Shown here one piece after another: positions 1 to 9,071 of a stretch of DNA of 37,270 bases. The stretch covers positions 1 through 37,270 of the forward strand of contig JBHLRQ010000023.1 in the NCBI GenBank assembly GCA_048882385.1, read 5' to 3'. How positions within the stretch are numbered: position 1 is the first letter of the stretch; every line of letters begins with the position of its first letter. The notes beneath the pieces were generated by a model. That model did no database searches. It saw nothing but the letters and a program-made list of their open reading frames with translations, and had not been told where the DNA came from. Source of the DNA: Candidatus Thorarchaeota archaeon. GTDB lineage: Archaea; Asgardarchaeota; Thorarchaeia; Thorarchaeales; Thorarchaeaceae. Both the position numbers and the translations under genes were made by a program.

Positions 1-531
1 ACAGATCGAGACTCAGTTTCTTATATCAAATTTCTTCGGATATGCAAGAAGCACCTTCAGTGGATTGGTCTATCAGAAGCCGCCAGAGATATTCTTTCAG
101 TACTTCTCACTGAATACTATTGGTCTAGTGAAGCTCTTTCACCTGAAGAACTTGCTAGTATAACTGGTTACTCTCGTGGCAGTATTAGTGTAGCTATTTC
201 TCAATTAAGATCTCTCGGATTCATTGAAACCCGAGTTGACACTACTCAGGAAGGACGAGGACGAAGACCTACGCTTTATGCGCTGAGTGAAGGTCTCTCT
301 GGACTGATAATGTTCGGAATTAGGAGACTTGGTGTTGAATTAGAAGGTATCCTCAATGAAACTAATGCTATGCAGATGTCAACTGATAGGGATGAAAAGA
401 TTGCAGTAGAAGCTCTTGCAAAGCTGACAAGAGAAGCAAAACGAAATTCAGAGCAGCTCCGTGAATACACAAGAGTGATATTGTCAACCAAGATGCTAGA
501 AGAATCTAGTCCTGGCCAAGAAAGTGACTGA
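1..531 (+). CDS. Winged-HTH transcriptional regulator (GbsR/MarR-like), 5'-truncated by window edge
   Basis: Frame 1 is open from base 1 into the 310..531 ORF: ...ALSPEELASITGYSRGSISVAISQLRSLGFIETRVDTTQEGRGRRPTLYALSEGLSGLIMFG..., an HTH plus wing; paralogous to 6873..7430. Confidence 0.8.
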   Translation, partial: TDRDSVSYIKFLRICKKHLQWIGLSEAARDILSVLLTEYYWSSEALSPEELASITGYSRGSISVAISQLRSLGFIETRVDTTQEGRGRRPTLYALSEGLSGLIMFGIRRLGVELEGILNETNAMQMSTDRDEKIAVEALAKLTREAKRNSEQLREYTRVILSTKMLEESSPGQESD

Positions 532-601
532 ATTTATTGAATCGCTGTGACCAAAATCCAGTATGATTGCGTAGAAGAAATTAGGACGCTCAGGTGAGCT
601 C

Positions 602-1903
602 TTGATGATGGATATGAACAACAAAATACCTGAACGAATTCGAGAAGAGCTCCGAAAGAATCCCAAAGGTTTGACGATAACCGATATTGCAACGCGAATA
701 CAAATCAACCGAAATAGTACGGCAAGATATCTTGATGTTCTTCAGATCTCCGGACATGTTGAGATGCGAAAGGTTGGTCCTGCGAAGCTATATTTCCTGT
801 CACAAAGAGTCCCTCTTGAAGCAATGTTGAATCTCTCAGAGGATGGTATACTCACCTTCGACTCTGATTTGAAAGTGATTCGAGTAAATGACGCATTTTC
901 CAGGATCGTCTGCATCGAATCAGACGAATTGCTTGGAGCTACATTAGACCAATTGGAATTGCCCGGATTAGAAAAGGAAAGAATCACACCTCTGCTCATT
1001 GAGTCTCTGGCTGGAAAACAAATCGATTTCGAAACAACCCTGCAGAATCAAGGAAAAACAAAGCATCTCGATGTAAAACTGGTTCCAACTACTTTCGATG
1101 ATGGAAGTGCAGGATCTACAATCCTACTCGAGGATAGTACAAGACGAAAACAGTCTGAAAAGGAAATTCAACGACAACATGATTTTCTTAATCTTGTGAT
1201 GGAATCCGTCGCTCATCCATTCTATGTGATTAATGTTAAGGATTTCATAATACAGATGGCAAATAGAGCCGCACGTTTGGGATTACTCACTCATGACTCG
1301 ACTTGCTATGAACTCACTCACCGATCAAACAAACCCTGTTCAGGCGATATTCATCCATGTCCATTGAAACAAGTTGTTGAAACCAAAAAACCCGCAATAG
1401 TAGAACACGTTCACCACCAGGTGAGTGGCAGAACAAGACATGTCGAAATCCATGCACATCCCATTTTTGACAATTCTCAAAATGTTGTACAAGTAATAGA
1501 ATACAACCTGGATGTTACAGATAGAAAGCAGGTAGAAGCCGACCTGTCAGCACTACTGGACATGTATCAGCTGATAGTTGAAAACATGGAAGATGGGGTA
1601 TTTGTACTCCAGGCTGGCCGAATTGTCTATTGTAATGCATCACTTTCGAACACGCTTGGCTATGAAGTACATGAGATAACCGGAGTTGATCTATTCAGGT
1701 TAGTGAAATCTGAAGATTGGGAAAATATCACGAAAGTTGTTTCAGAAAGTGATCGGGATGGGCAGCAATCAAGAATTCATGAGTTCACAATGATTACAAA
1801 GAAGAATACTTCTGTTTCAATCCAGGCAAAGATATCATTATCTAACTATGCTAGTGAACCAGCTTTGATTTTTAATGTTCTCAAAACAGACCTAAAATCA
1901 TGA
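602..1903 (+). CDS. One-component regulator: N-terminal wHTH plus three PAS domains
   Basis: KGLTITDIATRIQINRNSTARYLDVLQISG HTH; PAS signatures (EDSTRRK, DVTDRK, ENMEDGVFVLQAGRIVYCN); middle PAS has C-x4-H-x5-C-x6-CP; no kinase domain. Confidence 0.85.
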   Translation: MMMDMNNKIPERIREELRKNPKGLTITDIATRIQINRNSTARYLDVLQISGHVEMRKVGPAKLYFLSQRVPLEAMLNLSEDGILTFDSDLKVIRVNDAFSRIVCIESDELLGATLDQLELPGLEKERITPLLIESLAGKQIDFETTLQNQGKTKHLDVKLVPTTFDDGSAGSTILLEDSTRRKQSEKEIQRQHDFLNLVMESVAHPFYVINVKDFIIQMANRAARLGLLTHDSTCYELTHRSNKPCSGDIHPCPLKQVVETKKPAIVEHVHHQVSGRTRHVEIHAHPIFDNSQNVVQVIEYNLDVTDRKQVEADLSALLDMYQLIVENMEDGVFVLQAGRIVYCNASLSNTLGYEVHEITGVDLFRLVKSEDWENITKVVSESDRDGQQSRIHEFTMITKKNTSVSIQAKISLSNYASEPALIFNVLKTDLKS

Positions 1904-2010
1904 ATCCATTTTAGAATGATATTTTTGCATCTAAATCTACACACTAACTGACCTTTGCAATGCAAAACCGCTATGCAGAACCGCGTTGCCACCATTTCTT
2001 TTTATTATTT

Positions 2011-2050
2011 AGAAAGTATATGATATTTGAAACGGATGTTGCACAACATC
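2011..2050 (+). promoter_or_regulatory. Putative BRE/TATA promoter with palindromic operator upstream of microprotein 1
   Basis: AGAAA-GTATATGA at 2011-2023, then inverted repeat GATGTTG-CA-CAACATC (2035-2050) over the expected TSS. Confidence 0.5.
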
Positions 2051-2074
2051 TAGCTCTTCAAGGAGACAAAAACA

Positions 2075-2191
2075 ATGAGTGATTGTAAATATGCGGGTGA
2101 AAAAAACGCAGCTGGTCAGATTTGGTGTAATAAAAAGAATATCTATGTGTCTGGAACAGAGAAGAATAGCTGTCCCGACTATGAACGATGA
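2075..2191 (+). CDS. Cys3 microprotein 1 (38 aa), not in ORF track
   Basis: MSDCKYAGEKNAAGQIWCNKKNIYVSGTEKNSCPDYER; SD AGGAG at 2061-2065; 25/37 identical to 2962..3081 with many synonymous changes. Confidence 0.85.
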   Translation: MSDCKYAGEKNAAGQIWCNKKNIYVSGTEKNSCPDYER

Positions 2192-2246
2192 ATCCTCTCT
2201 TGCAGGATTGTACTCAGTAGATCGGGTATTTAGAGTCATTTAATAT

Positions 2247-2290
2247 GGGGCGCGGTTCCACTAAGGAGTCCGAGTCCCTTCTCTTCAATT
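2247..2290 (+). terminator. Putative terminator hairpin after microprotein 1
   Basis: GGGGCGCGGTTCC-ACTAA-GGAGTCCGAGTCCC imperfect stem followed by a pyrimidine run TTCTCTTC. Confidence 0.4.
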
Positions 2291-2486
2291 CTTTGGAATT
2301 TTTGCCTAATTTATAATATACCTTATTTATGTATGTTATTCTAGTGAAATTATTCAATATAATCATAAGAGTCAAATCTTTTAGATATATCAAAAAGATA
2401 TATATGTGTAAAAAGTATTCTGGCTCTAAGGGTATGGTTGATCCGAAAAAACAGCGGATGAATCCAGATCCCGGGAGATATCAAAA

Positions 2487-2954
2487 ATGGATTACAAAGG
2501 TCTTTTAGACACTTCTAACGCAGTTGTCGTTGCTGTCGCAGAAGCAATGGTTAACATGGGACTCGATATCCCGCTTATCTGGACTCAGATGGCCAATGCT
2601 TTCCAAGGGAATGCAAAACCCATGTTAAGCCAATTGGGTCTGAATATCGATGGAAACGACGTGAAATCCGTTGTAGAATCTTTTGTTACCGAGATTAAGA
2701 AGTCCGGTGCTGTTCAGCGATGCAATGTTGTGAGTCTGACCGATTCAGAGCTCGTGATGGATATTGGTGAGTGCATTTTTGCACCTGCGACAGCTATCAT
2801 CCGGGGTGGCGATATGAATATGATTCCACCCTGTCCAATGATGGCTATCCTATATGCAGCTCTCAATGAAAAGACTGGTACACATTGCACTGTAACAAAG
2901 TGTCAGTTTAGACCGGACTTGAATGCTAGTGATTTCACAGTGGAACTGGGGTGA
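2487..2954 (+). CDS. V4R/methanogen-output-domain-like ligand-binding protein
   Basis: ECIFAP...PPCPMMAILYAAL...C Cys pattern and alpha/beta layout like V4R/MetOD1 domains; SD-like GGGAGA upstream. Confidence 0.55.
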   Translation: MDYKGLLDTSNAVVVAVAEAMVNMGLDIPLIWTQMANAFQGNAKPMLSQLGLNIDGNDVKSVVESFVTEIKKSGAVQRCNVVSLTDSELVMDIGECIFAPATAIIRGGDMNMIPPCPMMAILYAALNEKTGTHCTVTKCQFRPDLNASDFTVELG

Positions 2955-2961
2955 ATATAGA

Positions 2962-3081
2962 ATGGGGTCAGATTGCAAATATGCAGGTGATACCAATTCC
3001 GCAGGTCAGGTCTGGTGTGATAAGAAGAAGATCTACGTCTCTGCAAAAGAGAAGGATAGCTGTGAATTTTATGAAAAATAG
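2962..3081 (+). CDS. Cys3 microprotein 2 (39 aa), not in ORF track
   Basis: MGSDCKYAGDTNSAGQVWCDKKKIYVSAKEKDSCEFYEK; fills the gap between 2954 and the Roadblock gene, whose SD GAGGTGA overlaps its stop; paralog of 2075..2191. Confidence 0.85.
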   Translation: MGSDCKYAGDTNSAGQVWCDKKKIYVSAKEKDSCEFYEK

Positions 3082-3092
3082 AGGTGAAAGAA

Positions 3093-3455
3093 ATGAGTGC
3101 TAAAATAAAGAAACTTGAAGAAATTCTGAAGCAACTCGAGGCTGACAGTGAAGTCGATGGCTGTGCACTTGTTAGTGATAGGGGTCAGTTAATGGCTGCT
3201 GCACTACACAAGGATGTAGATGACAAGGCAGTATCTGCGATGGCAGCCGCACTTGTGTCAATTGGAAGTCGTGTGGGTTCTGCTCTTGCTTCCGGAGATC
3301 CAAAGAACATAGTGATTGAAGGAGATAAGAAGACAGTCATCGTTCGAAAAATATCGAACGCTGCAATGATTGCCACCGCTCCAAAGGATGCAAAGATTGG
3401 CTTGATTGACTTCGAGATGGATAAAGCTGCAGCATCTGTGGATTCAACGCTCTAG
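3093..3455 (+). CDS. Roadblock/LC7 domain protein (MglB-like)
   Basis: VDGCALVSDRGQLMAA...VSAMAAAL...AKIGLI Roadblock motifs; ATG at 3093 follows SD GAGGTGA (track start GTG 3084). Confidence 0.9.
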   Translation: MSAKIKKLEEILKQLEADSEVDGCALVSDRGQLMAAALHKDVDDKAVSAMAAALVSIGSRVGSALASGDPKNIVIEGDKKTVIVRKISNAAMIATAPKDAKIGLIDFEMDKAAASVDSTL

Positions 3456-3517
3456 CTTGTAGTATATCATCACGGCTTCATGAATTGGAAACAGAAGAAC
3501 TAAGGAGATTGGATAAC

Positions 3518-4183
3518 TTGTCTATACGAAAACTGAGGTCATATGACTACAAAGTCTATGTGACTGGACCCTTTCAGGCTGGAAAGACGACTCTTATTCA
3601 CACACTCGATCCCAATGCTATGTCAATTGAACGTGACATGAAAGAGGAATATCGAGGTGAGAAGAGTACAACAACAACTGGGTTTGATCTTGGGCGAGTA
3701 ATCTGGGTCAGAAAAGAAGAATCTCACATGGGTCTAATTGTACCCAAAACAGAGTATGAAAACGAGATTTCGGAATATGAAGGCTGGACAGCCAAGGAGG
3801 TTGAGCTTCGAGGCGTACCTGGCCAACTGCACTTCAAATTTGTAAGAGACACAATGAGGTCCAACACAGATGGTGTTCTTATGATTGTGGATTCTTCAGA
3901 TCCAGGAATGATTGGTGATGCCTGCGCTATACTTGCAGAAACAAAAGGTGCATTTACTGGCACCCCCATTGTTTCTATTGCTAACAAACAAGACCGAGCC
4001 GATGCTGTAGCTCCAGAAGAGGTGGGTGTTTGGTTGGGCGTTTCAGATGTAATTGGGATGTCTGCCAAGAATCGTGAGTCATCCAAGACTGCTTTAGTTC
4101 TTCTTTTGAGAATGGTTGAGGAGATTTGTCTGGCGTCTTCAACAAAAGATGAAGTCGTGGGGGTAGTTCCACAAACACAGTAA
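3518..4183 (+). CDS. MglA-like small Ras-superfamily GTPase
   Basis: G1 GPFQAGKTT, switch I TTTTGFDLG, G3-like GVPGQ, G4 NKQD, G5 SAK; TTG 3518 follows SD AAGGAG (track start 3485). Confidence 0.9.
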   Translation: MSIRKLRSYDYKVYVTGPFQAGKTTLIHTLDPNAMSIERDMKEEYRGEKSTTTTGFDLGRVIWVRKEESHMGLIVPKTEYENEISEYEGWTAKEVELRGVPGQLHFKFVRDTMRSNTDGVLMIVDSSDPGMIGDACAILAETKGAFTGTPIVSIANKQDRADAVAPEEVGVWLGVSDVIGMSAKNRESSKTALVLLLRMVEEICLASSTKDEVVGVVPQTQ

Positions 4184-4201
4184 TTTTGAGAGGTATTAAT
4201 A

Positions 4202-4999
4202 ATGGAGCATGATCAAGTCGATACAAATAGTGAAAACGAACAACATGAACTAATTCCTGATCAAACAATATCTGAGAAACCAAAGAGAGTACGGAAACCT
4301 CAGACCAAAAAGGAAGTTGTGCAATTAAGATCAGAATCGTCACACACAACTATTGATGATAATTTAAGAGAATCAACTCTTGATGTGATTACGCCTGATA
4401 TATCAGAGATACAAACTGAGAATATTTCAGATTCAGAGAAGCCAACTCAACCGCCTACTGTTGAGCAGAAAAATCTAGAGGAAGAAAATACTTCAACAAT
4501 CGATAATTCACATGATTCACACGACATGGCTGGAGTTGAGGAAGCAACTTCAGAATCAAATGAAATTCCTCCGATTCAACAGATTCGTGAACTCCTTAAG
4601 GATTTTGAGATGAGAGTTTCAGTTTGGGGACTTACAGTCTTCACGGCTGATGGTTATATCCTAGCTCATCGTTTGTTTTACGATGGAATGCCTGAGAACT
4701 TGGAAATGATCGTTAGTAGTATGTCAGCTGGATTGATAACCATCTCTCAGGACTTCATCCGTCTTGTTGCATCTAATTCTTTGTTCAGACAAGTATTGGT
4801 TGATGCAGATGACGAATCAGGAAATGTTAGTTTCTCTGTATTATTGAAGCAAATTGCAGAGAATGTTATGTTGACTTGTATATTCCCGAGTAAAGCGAAG
4901 TTGGGTCTTGTTTCATTTGAAATTGAGAATCTTAGCAATGATATCAACGAGATTGTGAAACTCTGGGATGTCAAGCTTCACGAGGAAACTGTTACTTGA
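4202..4999 (+). CDS. Acidic disordered N-terminus plus C-terminal Roadblock-like domain
   Basis: About 120 aa E/S/D/T-rich region, then VWGLTVFTADGYILA...VSSMSAGL...AKLGLV Roadblock pattern. Confidence 0.75.
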   Translation: MEHDQVDTNSENEQHELIPDQTISEKPKRVRKPQTKKEVVQLRSESSHTTIDDNLRESTLDVITPDISEIQTENISDSEKPTQPPTVEQKNLEEENTSTIDNSHDSHDMAGVEEATSESNEIPPIQQIRELLKDFEMRVSVWGLTVFTADGYILAHRLFYDGMPENLEMIVSSMSAGLITISQDFIRLVASNSLFRQVLVDADDESGNVSFSVLLKQIAENVMLTCIFPSKAKLGLVSFEIENLSNDINEIVKLWDVKLHEETVT

Positions 5000-5012
5000 A
5001 GGAGATAAGAAA

Positions 5013-5432
5013 TTGAGAGAAGGAAAAACTGACAAACTTGATAGAATAATGGAAAGCTTAGTGGGTCCCGACCAGAATTTCACAAGTTGCGTAGTAACGA
5101 ATGAGAGGGGTCTTGTTGTTGCTGGAGAGTCAATCGAAGGTTTTTCCAGCCAGATATTAGCTGCGATGGTTGCTCTCATGTCAGATACTGCAATTCGTGT
5201 GAGTGAGAATCTCGGATATGGACATCCAAAGACATCATCAATCAAAGGATATGGCGTACTAATTTCAATTCAAGAGTTCATGGTGCGAGATAGATGGTTT
5301 CGAATAGGAGCGGTTTTGTCCGAAAATAAAGAGAGCAGATCGCGTTTCTTCAGAAGAGGTCTCAATCCTGAAAAAATCGAATCAAGATTAGCAGGAGCTG
5401 CGAAGAAACTTCGTTCTATTCTCGAAGATTGA
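5013..5432 (+). CDS. Roadblock/LC7-like protein
   Basis: TSCVVTNERGLVVAG...LAAMVALMSDTAIRVSENLG; TTG 5013 follows SD GAAGGAG (track start 4968 would overlap the upstream gene). Confidence 0.75.
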   Translation: MREGKTDKLDRIMESLVGPDQNFTSCVVTNERGLVVAGESIEGFSSQILAAMVALMSDTAIRVSENLGYGHPKTSSIKGYGVLISIQEFMVRDRWFRIGAVLSENKESRSRFFRRGLNPEKIESRLAGAAKKLRSILED

Positions 5433-5478
5433 ATTTCCAATGCGCAGGATTATTCATTAAATACTGCGGAGGAACGAT

Positions 5479-6873
5479 ATGATGGGTGTCAGAAAAGAAT
5501 TCTATGGGACATATCAGGAATATATCGAATCTAAACGGGACTCACTTTATTGGAACAAGGACCAGACTATGTGCTCTTGCCTTGACTGCACATCTCGCTT
5601 TATGTTGAAGATGAACCATAATCATCGTGATGTTTCAATTGAGGAATTCGTGGAAATTATAGGACTTGATTTCATTAGCAAAGATTCTTTTCAAAAGAAT
5701 GAAGAACCAACTCTGATTAATATCGACAAGATTTACTTCTATGATAATGATTCGAATCGATATAACATAACATCAAACGTGCCAGAAGAAGAAAGGTCAA
5801 CTGTGTCTAGAATAAAAAACACAGAACCTTCTGTAGATTTTCTGATTCGTATTCTAGATTCCTTTACTTATCCCTTTTACATCATTGATGTAAGTGATTA
5901 TAAAATTAAGATGGCAAATCGTGCTGCGATGATTGAGCAGCTAGATGAAACTAGTACATGTCATTCGATAATTCACAGGAGTCCTGTTCCTTGTTGGGAG
6001 AAAGGTCAGGATTGTCCTCTAATTTATATCAAGCAGACAAAAAAACCTGTTATTCTCGAACACATGCATTTCGATGAAAATAGAGACCTTAGAGTCATAG
6101 AGGTTCATGGATACCCTGTTATTGACTCCTCTGGAGAAGTAGTTCAAATTATAAAATATGGTTTCGATGTGACAGATCAAAAATGGGTTGAAGGTCAGCT
6201 TGCGAAAGAGTCTAGAAGAGCACGATTATACCTTGACCTATTGGCACATGACATGGCGAATGAATTACAGGTTATTCAGGGGAGCGCTGAACTTGCTAAA
6301 GAAATATTGTTGATCGAAGAAGAATCAGAGCTGATACCACGTTTCGTGCATCAGATAGTTGAATCTGTAAACCGATGTATGACACTCATTGCTGAAGCTA
6401 GATCAACTGAAAATCTTCCATATGTTCCTCTCGTTGAAAGATCTCTAGCTCGAGCACTTTTAGAGTGTGTTGAAACAATAGGTGAGAAATTTACAGATTG
6501 TGTCTTTATTATTGAATGTGAGGATTCAGAAGCTGCAGTCATGGCCGACAAATACCTTGAGAATCTTCTTGCTAATATCCTTTCAAACGCAGTAAAGCAC
6601 AATCCATCTACACAGAAAAGTGTCTGGGTGCGACTTTGTCCATCGAAGGATGGTTATGATATTTCAATTTCTGATAACGGACCAGGCATTGAGGATGTGA
6701 TGAAAGAAATTCTCTTTGACCCTAAACATAGGTTTGGAGGTCTCGGAATTCATTTCTCTTTGCAGATTGTTGAGAAATACGGGGGGAAAATTACTGTTCG
6801 TGATCGAGTTCACGGAAAACCAAACGAGGGTGTTGAGTTTGTAGTATGGTTACCAAAGATTAGGAGTAGTTAG
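5479..6873 (+). CDS. Soluble PAS-domain sensor histidine kinase
   Basis: H-box LAHDMAN, N-box NAVKHN, G1 DNGPGI, G2 GGLGI; Cys3His PAS like that in 602..1903; start codon uncertain. Confidence 0.9.
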   Translation: MMGVRKEFYGTYQEYIESKRDSLYWNKDQTMCSCLDCTSRFMLKMNHNHRDVSIEEFVEIIGLDFISKDSFQKNEEPTLINIDKIYFYDNDSNRYNITSNVPEEERSTVSRIKNTEPSVDFLIRILDSFTYPFYIIDVSDYKIKMANRAAMIEQLDETSTCHSIIHRSPVPCWEKGQDCPLIYIKQTKKPVILEHMHFDENRDLRVIEVHGYPVIDSSGEVVQIIKYGFDVTDQKWVEGQLAKESRRARLYLDLLAHDMANELQVIQGSAELAKEILLIEEESELIPRFVHQIVESVNRCMTLIAEARSTENLPYVPLVERSLARALLECVETIGEKFTDCVFIIECEDSEAAVMADKYLENLLANILSNAVKHNPSTQKSVWVRLCPSKDGYDISISDNGPGIEDVMKEILFDPKHRFGGLGIHFSLQIVEKYGGKITVRDRVHGKPNEGVEFVVWLPKIRSS

Positions 6874-7430
6874 TGAATATGAAACACAAAAATGACATTC
6901 TCCCCTTTCTAAGACGTGCCCTTCTCACAGGTGTTGAACATCTAGGAATACAAAGAAGTGCAACCGAAATTCTTGTCATCCTTTATCTTGAGAAGCAGAA
7001 GAATAATCCCGCATTGTCAATAAAGGAGATAGTGGAGAAATCAAATCTATCCCTCAGTTCAGTTTCAGTTTTGTGCTCGCGGCTAGAAATAGAAGGTATA
7101 CTCATCAGACATTCCGATGATTCAAGTCTGGGACGTGGAAGAAGAAAGATACTCTATGAGTTTGCTATTGGTATAGATGGATTACTTGCACTTGGAACAA
7201 ACAAGTACATTCGGGATGTTGGACGAATATGCCGGGACATTAAACTGTATCTGAAACAGAATGAAAGCGATGATAATGTTCACAATGAATTATTATCCAG
7301 ACTAAGGAATGAGATTTGTTCTTTTTTAGAACACAGCAGAGTAGCTATTGAATCTACTACTTCAATGTTTGAAAAAGAATCGCAAGGTGAAATTGATTTG
7401 AAAGAGAAAATAGTAGAGGGTGCAATTTGA
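6873..7430 (+). CDS. Winged-HTH transcriptional regulator (GbsR/MarR-like)
   Basis: ALSIKEIVEKSNLSLSSVSVLCSRLEIEGIL...GRGRRKILY; paralog of 1..531. Confidence 0.8.
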   Translation: MNMKHKNDILPFLRRALLTGVEHLGIQRSATEILVILYLEKQKNNPALSIKEIVEKSNLSLSSVSVLCSRLEIEGILIRHSDDSSLGRGRRKILYEFAIGIDGLLALGTNKYIRDVGRICRDIKLYLKQNESDDNVHNELLSRLRNEICSFLEHSRVAIESTTSMFEKESQGEIDLKEKIVEGAI

Positions 7431-7471
7431 AAATTAAATCATTTGAAAGAAGACTCTTGACTAAGGATTGA

Positions 7472-8683
7472 TTGTTTTCACAAGAAATGAAGCCTCTGGA
7501 GCGACGAAATATGATAACGAATGAAAAAGGATTGTTCATCATCCATAGATTTTCAGGAATGGCTCTGTATTCACATGAGTTTGTAAGAGGTGAATTGGAT
7601 CCACAATTGTTATCTGGATTTATTGGTGCAATGACAAGTTTTCTGGGCGAAGCTCTAAGTTCTAATGAATCTGGTTGGAAGACAATATATGGTTCTGAAA
7701 CAACCCTAATTGTAGAGGCTGGAGAGTGGACAACAGCGGTCTTGGTTGTCTTAAAAGACAATGGTCTTCTTCATAACAAAGTTCGATTGATAGTTGCTGA
7801 ATTTGAGAACACATTTCAAGCTTTCCGGGAAGTATCTTGTTTTGAGGGGGGGATAATTGATTCATTTGATGAGTTTGTTATGAGAGTTTTCACAGATGAG
7901 AAAATATCACCAAGAACATGCATAAGAAAGAAAGAAGATTCAAAAGAGGAAATCCTTCCTTTTACGCGTTTTAGCCAGTCATACGTTGTTCACTCCTCGC
8001 TTTCAATGCTTGATGAAATAATCTCTCTTGAAGAGTTTGCTAAACGCCAGGACATCTCATTTGAGATGGCAAAAGAGATTGTGATGTTTGCTTATTGGCA
8101 TAATGGCATTGACATGCTCTATATTCCATCTGATGATGATATCTTAACACCAACTGAGAAGTCTCTCTCTACGATTTTTTCTGATGGGAATCCTCTAGGT
8201 CTGTCAAGATATACATTGTTTATAGTGGGTAGTTTGAATGGTCGAAAACCACTAGGGAAGCTTCTCGAACGTTGGAACTTAGAGGAAAGAAATATACGGT
8301 TTGAATTGGGCTCTCTCATCACACAAGGTTTTCTTCAAAAATCAACTCCTGAACACAATTTGATTCTAGGGCATGAGGCTATGCTTAATCGATTCCTGGC
8401 GCAGTGCAAGAATCTTGTATCACAACAAACTCTCACAGAAGCACTGCTCACGATATTTGTTAACGGTATTGAAACCCATCCCTGGCTTTCACGCATTCGG
8501 ATTCAGGACGGGTTCAATCTGGAATGCAAGATTGATGAAACTATGTCTCCAAATGACTACGGCGATTTGTACGACGCTCTTCAATATGTGATGAATGAAA
8601 CAGGTCGGAAATTGTCAGTTGTCATTGACGAAGAGAAGATTAATGAAGCCCTCCTTCAGGCAAGACTGCGTAGTTATGGATGA
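7472..8683 (+). CDS. Longin-like N-terminal domain plus wHTH-like repeats
   Basis: LFIIHRFSGMALYSHEF...LDPQLLSGFIGAMTSF longin-type start; LNGRKPLGKL...ELGSLITQGFL wHTH-like segment; full-length paralog at 16518..17819; start uncertain. Confidence 0.65.
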   Translation: MFSQEMKPLERRNMITNEKGLFIIHRFSGMALYSHEFVRGELDPQLLSGFIGAMTSFLGEALSSNESGWKTIYGSETTLIVEAGEWTTAVLVVLKDNGLLHNKVRLIVAEFENTFQAFREVSCFEGGIIDSFDEFVMRVFTDEKISPRTCIRKKEDSKEEILPFTRFSQSYVVHSSLSMLDEIISLEEFAKRQDISFEMAKEIVMFAYWHNGIDMLYIPSDDDILTPTEKSLSTIFSDGNPLGLSRYTLFIVGSLNGRKPLGKLLERWNLEERNIRFELGSLITQGFLQKSTPEHNLILGHEAMLNRFLAQCKNLVSQQTLTEALLTIFVNGIETHPWLSRIRIQDGFNLECKIDETMSPNDYGDLYDALQYVMNETGRKLSVVIDEEKINEALLQARLRSYG

Positions 8684-8756
8684 TGGTTCCACATACTGTA
8701 ATTATTGATGCAGGTCTATGTTTTAATGTGTTTCTTCTATTGAATTGTCGGAATAG

Positions 8757-8818
8757 CAGAACATTCAAAACTATCTTCTATGACATCGTGAGGTAATGTA
8801 AGGGCTTCACAATACCAA
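8757..8818 (+). repeat. Degenerate copy of the promoter/SD/start region of the 9739 carboxyltransferase gene
   Basis: Ungapped match to 9684-9745 at 48/62 nt, including identical CAGAACATTCAAAACTA; ATG replaced by ATA at the same 55-nt spacing. Confidence 0.8.
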
Positions 8819-9071
8819 TCACATTTTCCTTCGCAATCACTACTGGATTCAAGAATCAAGACTTGCCACTTATCATGTTTTTTGACTCAAATATGAAAAA
8901 TCGAAATTGATGGCAACACGTTTGTGAATTTCGGACTTATGCACAAAGGCCAAATGTTTAGAAAATTTAATGAATATTATTAGTTTCTCGATGACGTTTT
9001 TAACGAGCCTATAGAAGAGTATGTATGATTGTGGGTATGATGAGGAAAAGAAATGACGGAAGGTGAATGAG

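Noticed and set aside
2009-2239. Minus-strand 76-aa ORF in the track
   Set aside because: Antisense shadow of microprotein 1, which has an SD and a paralog
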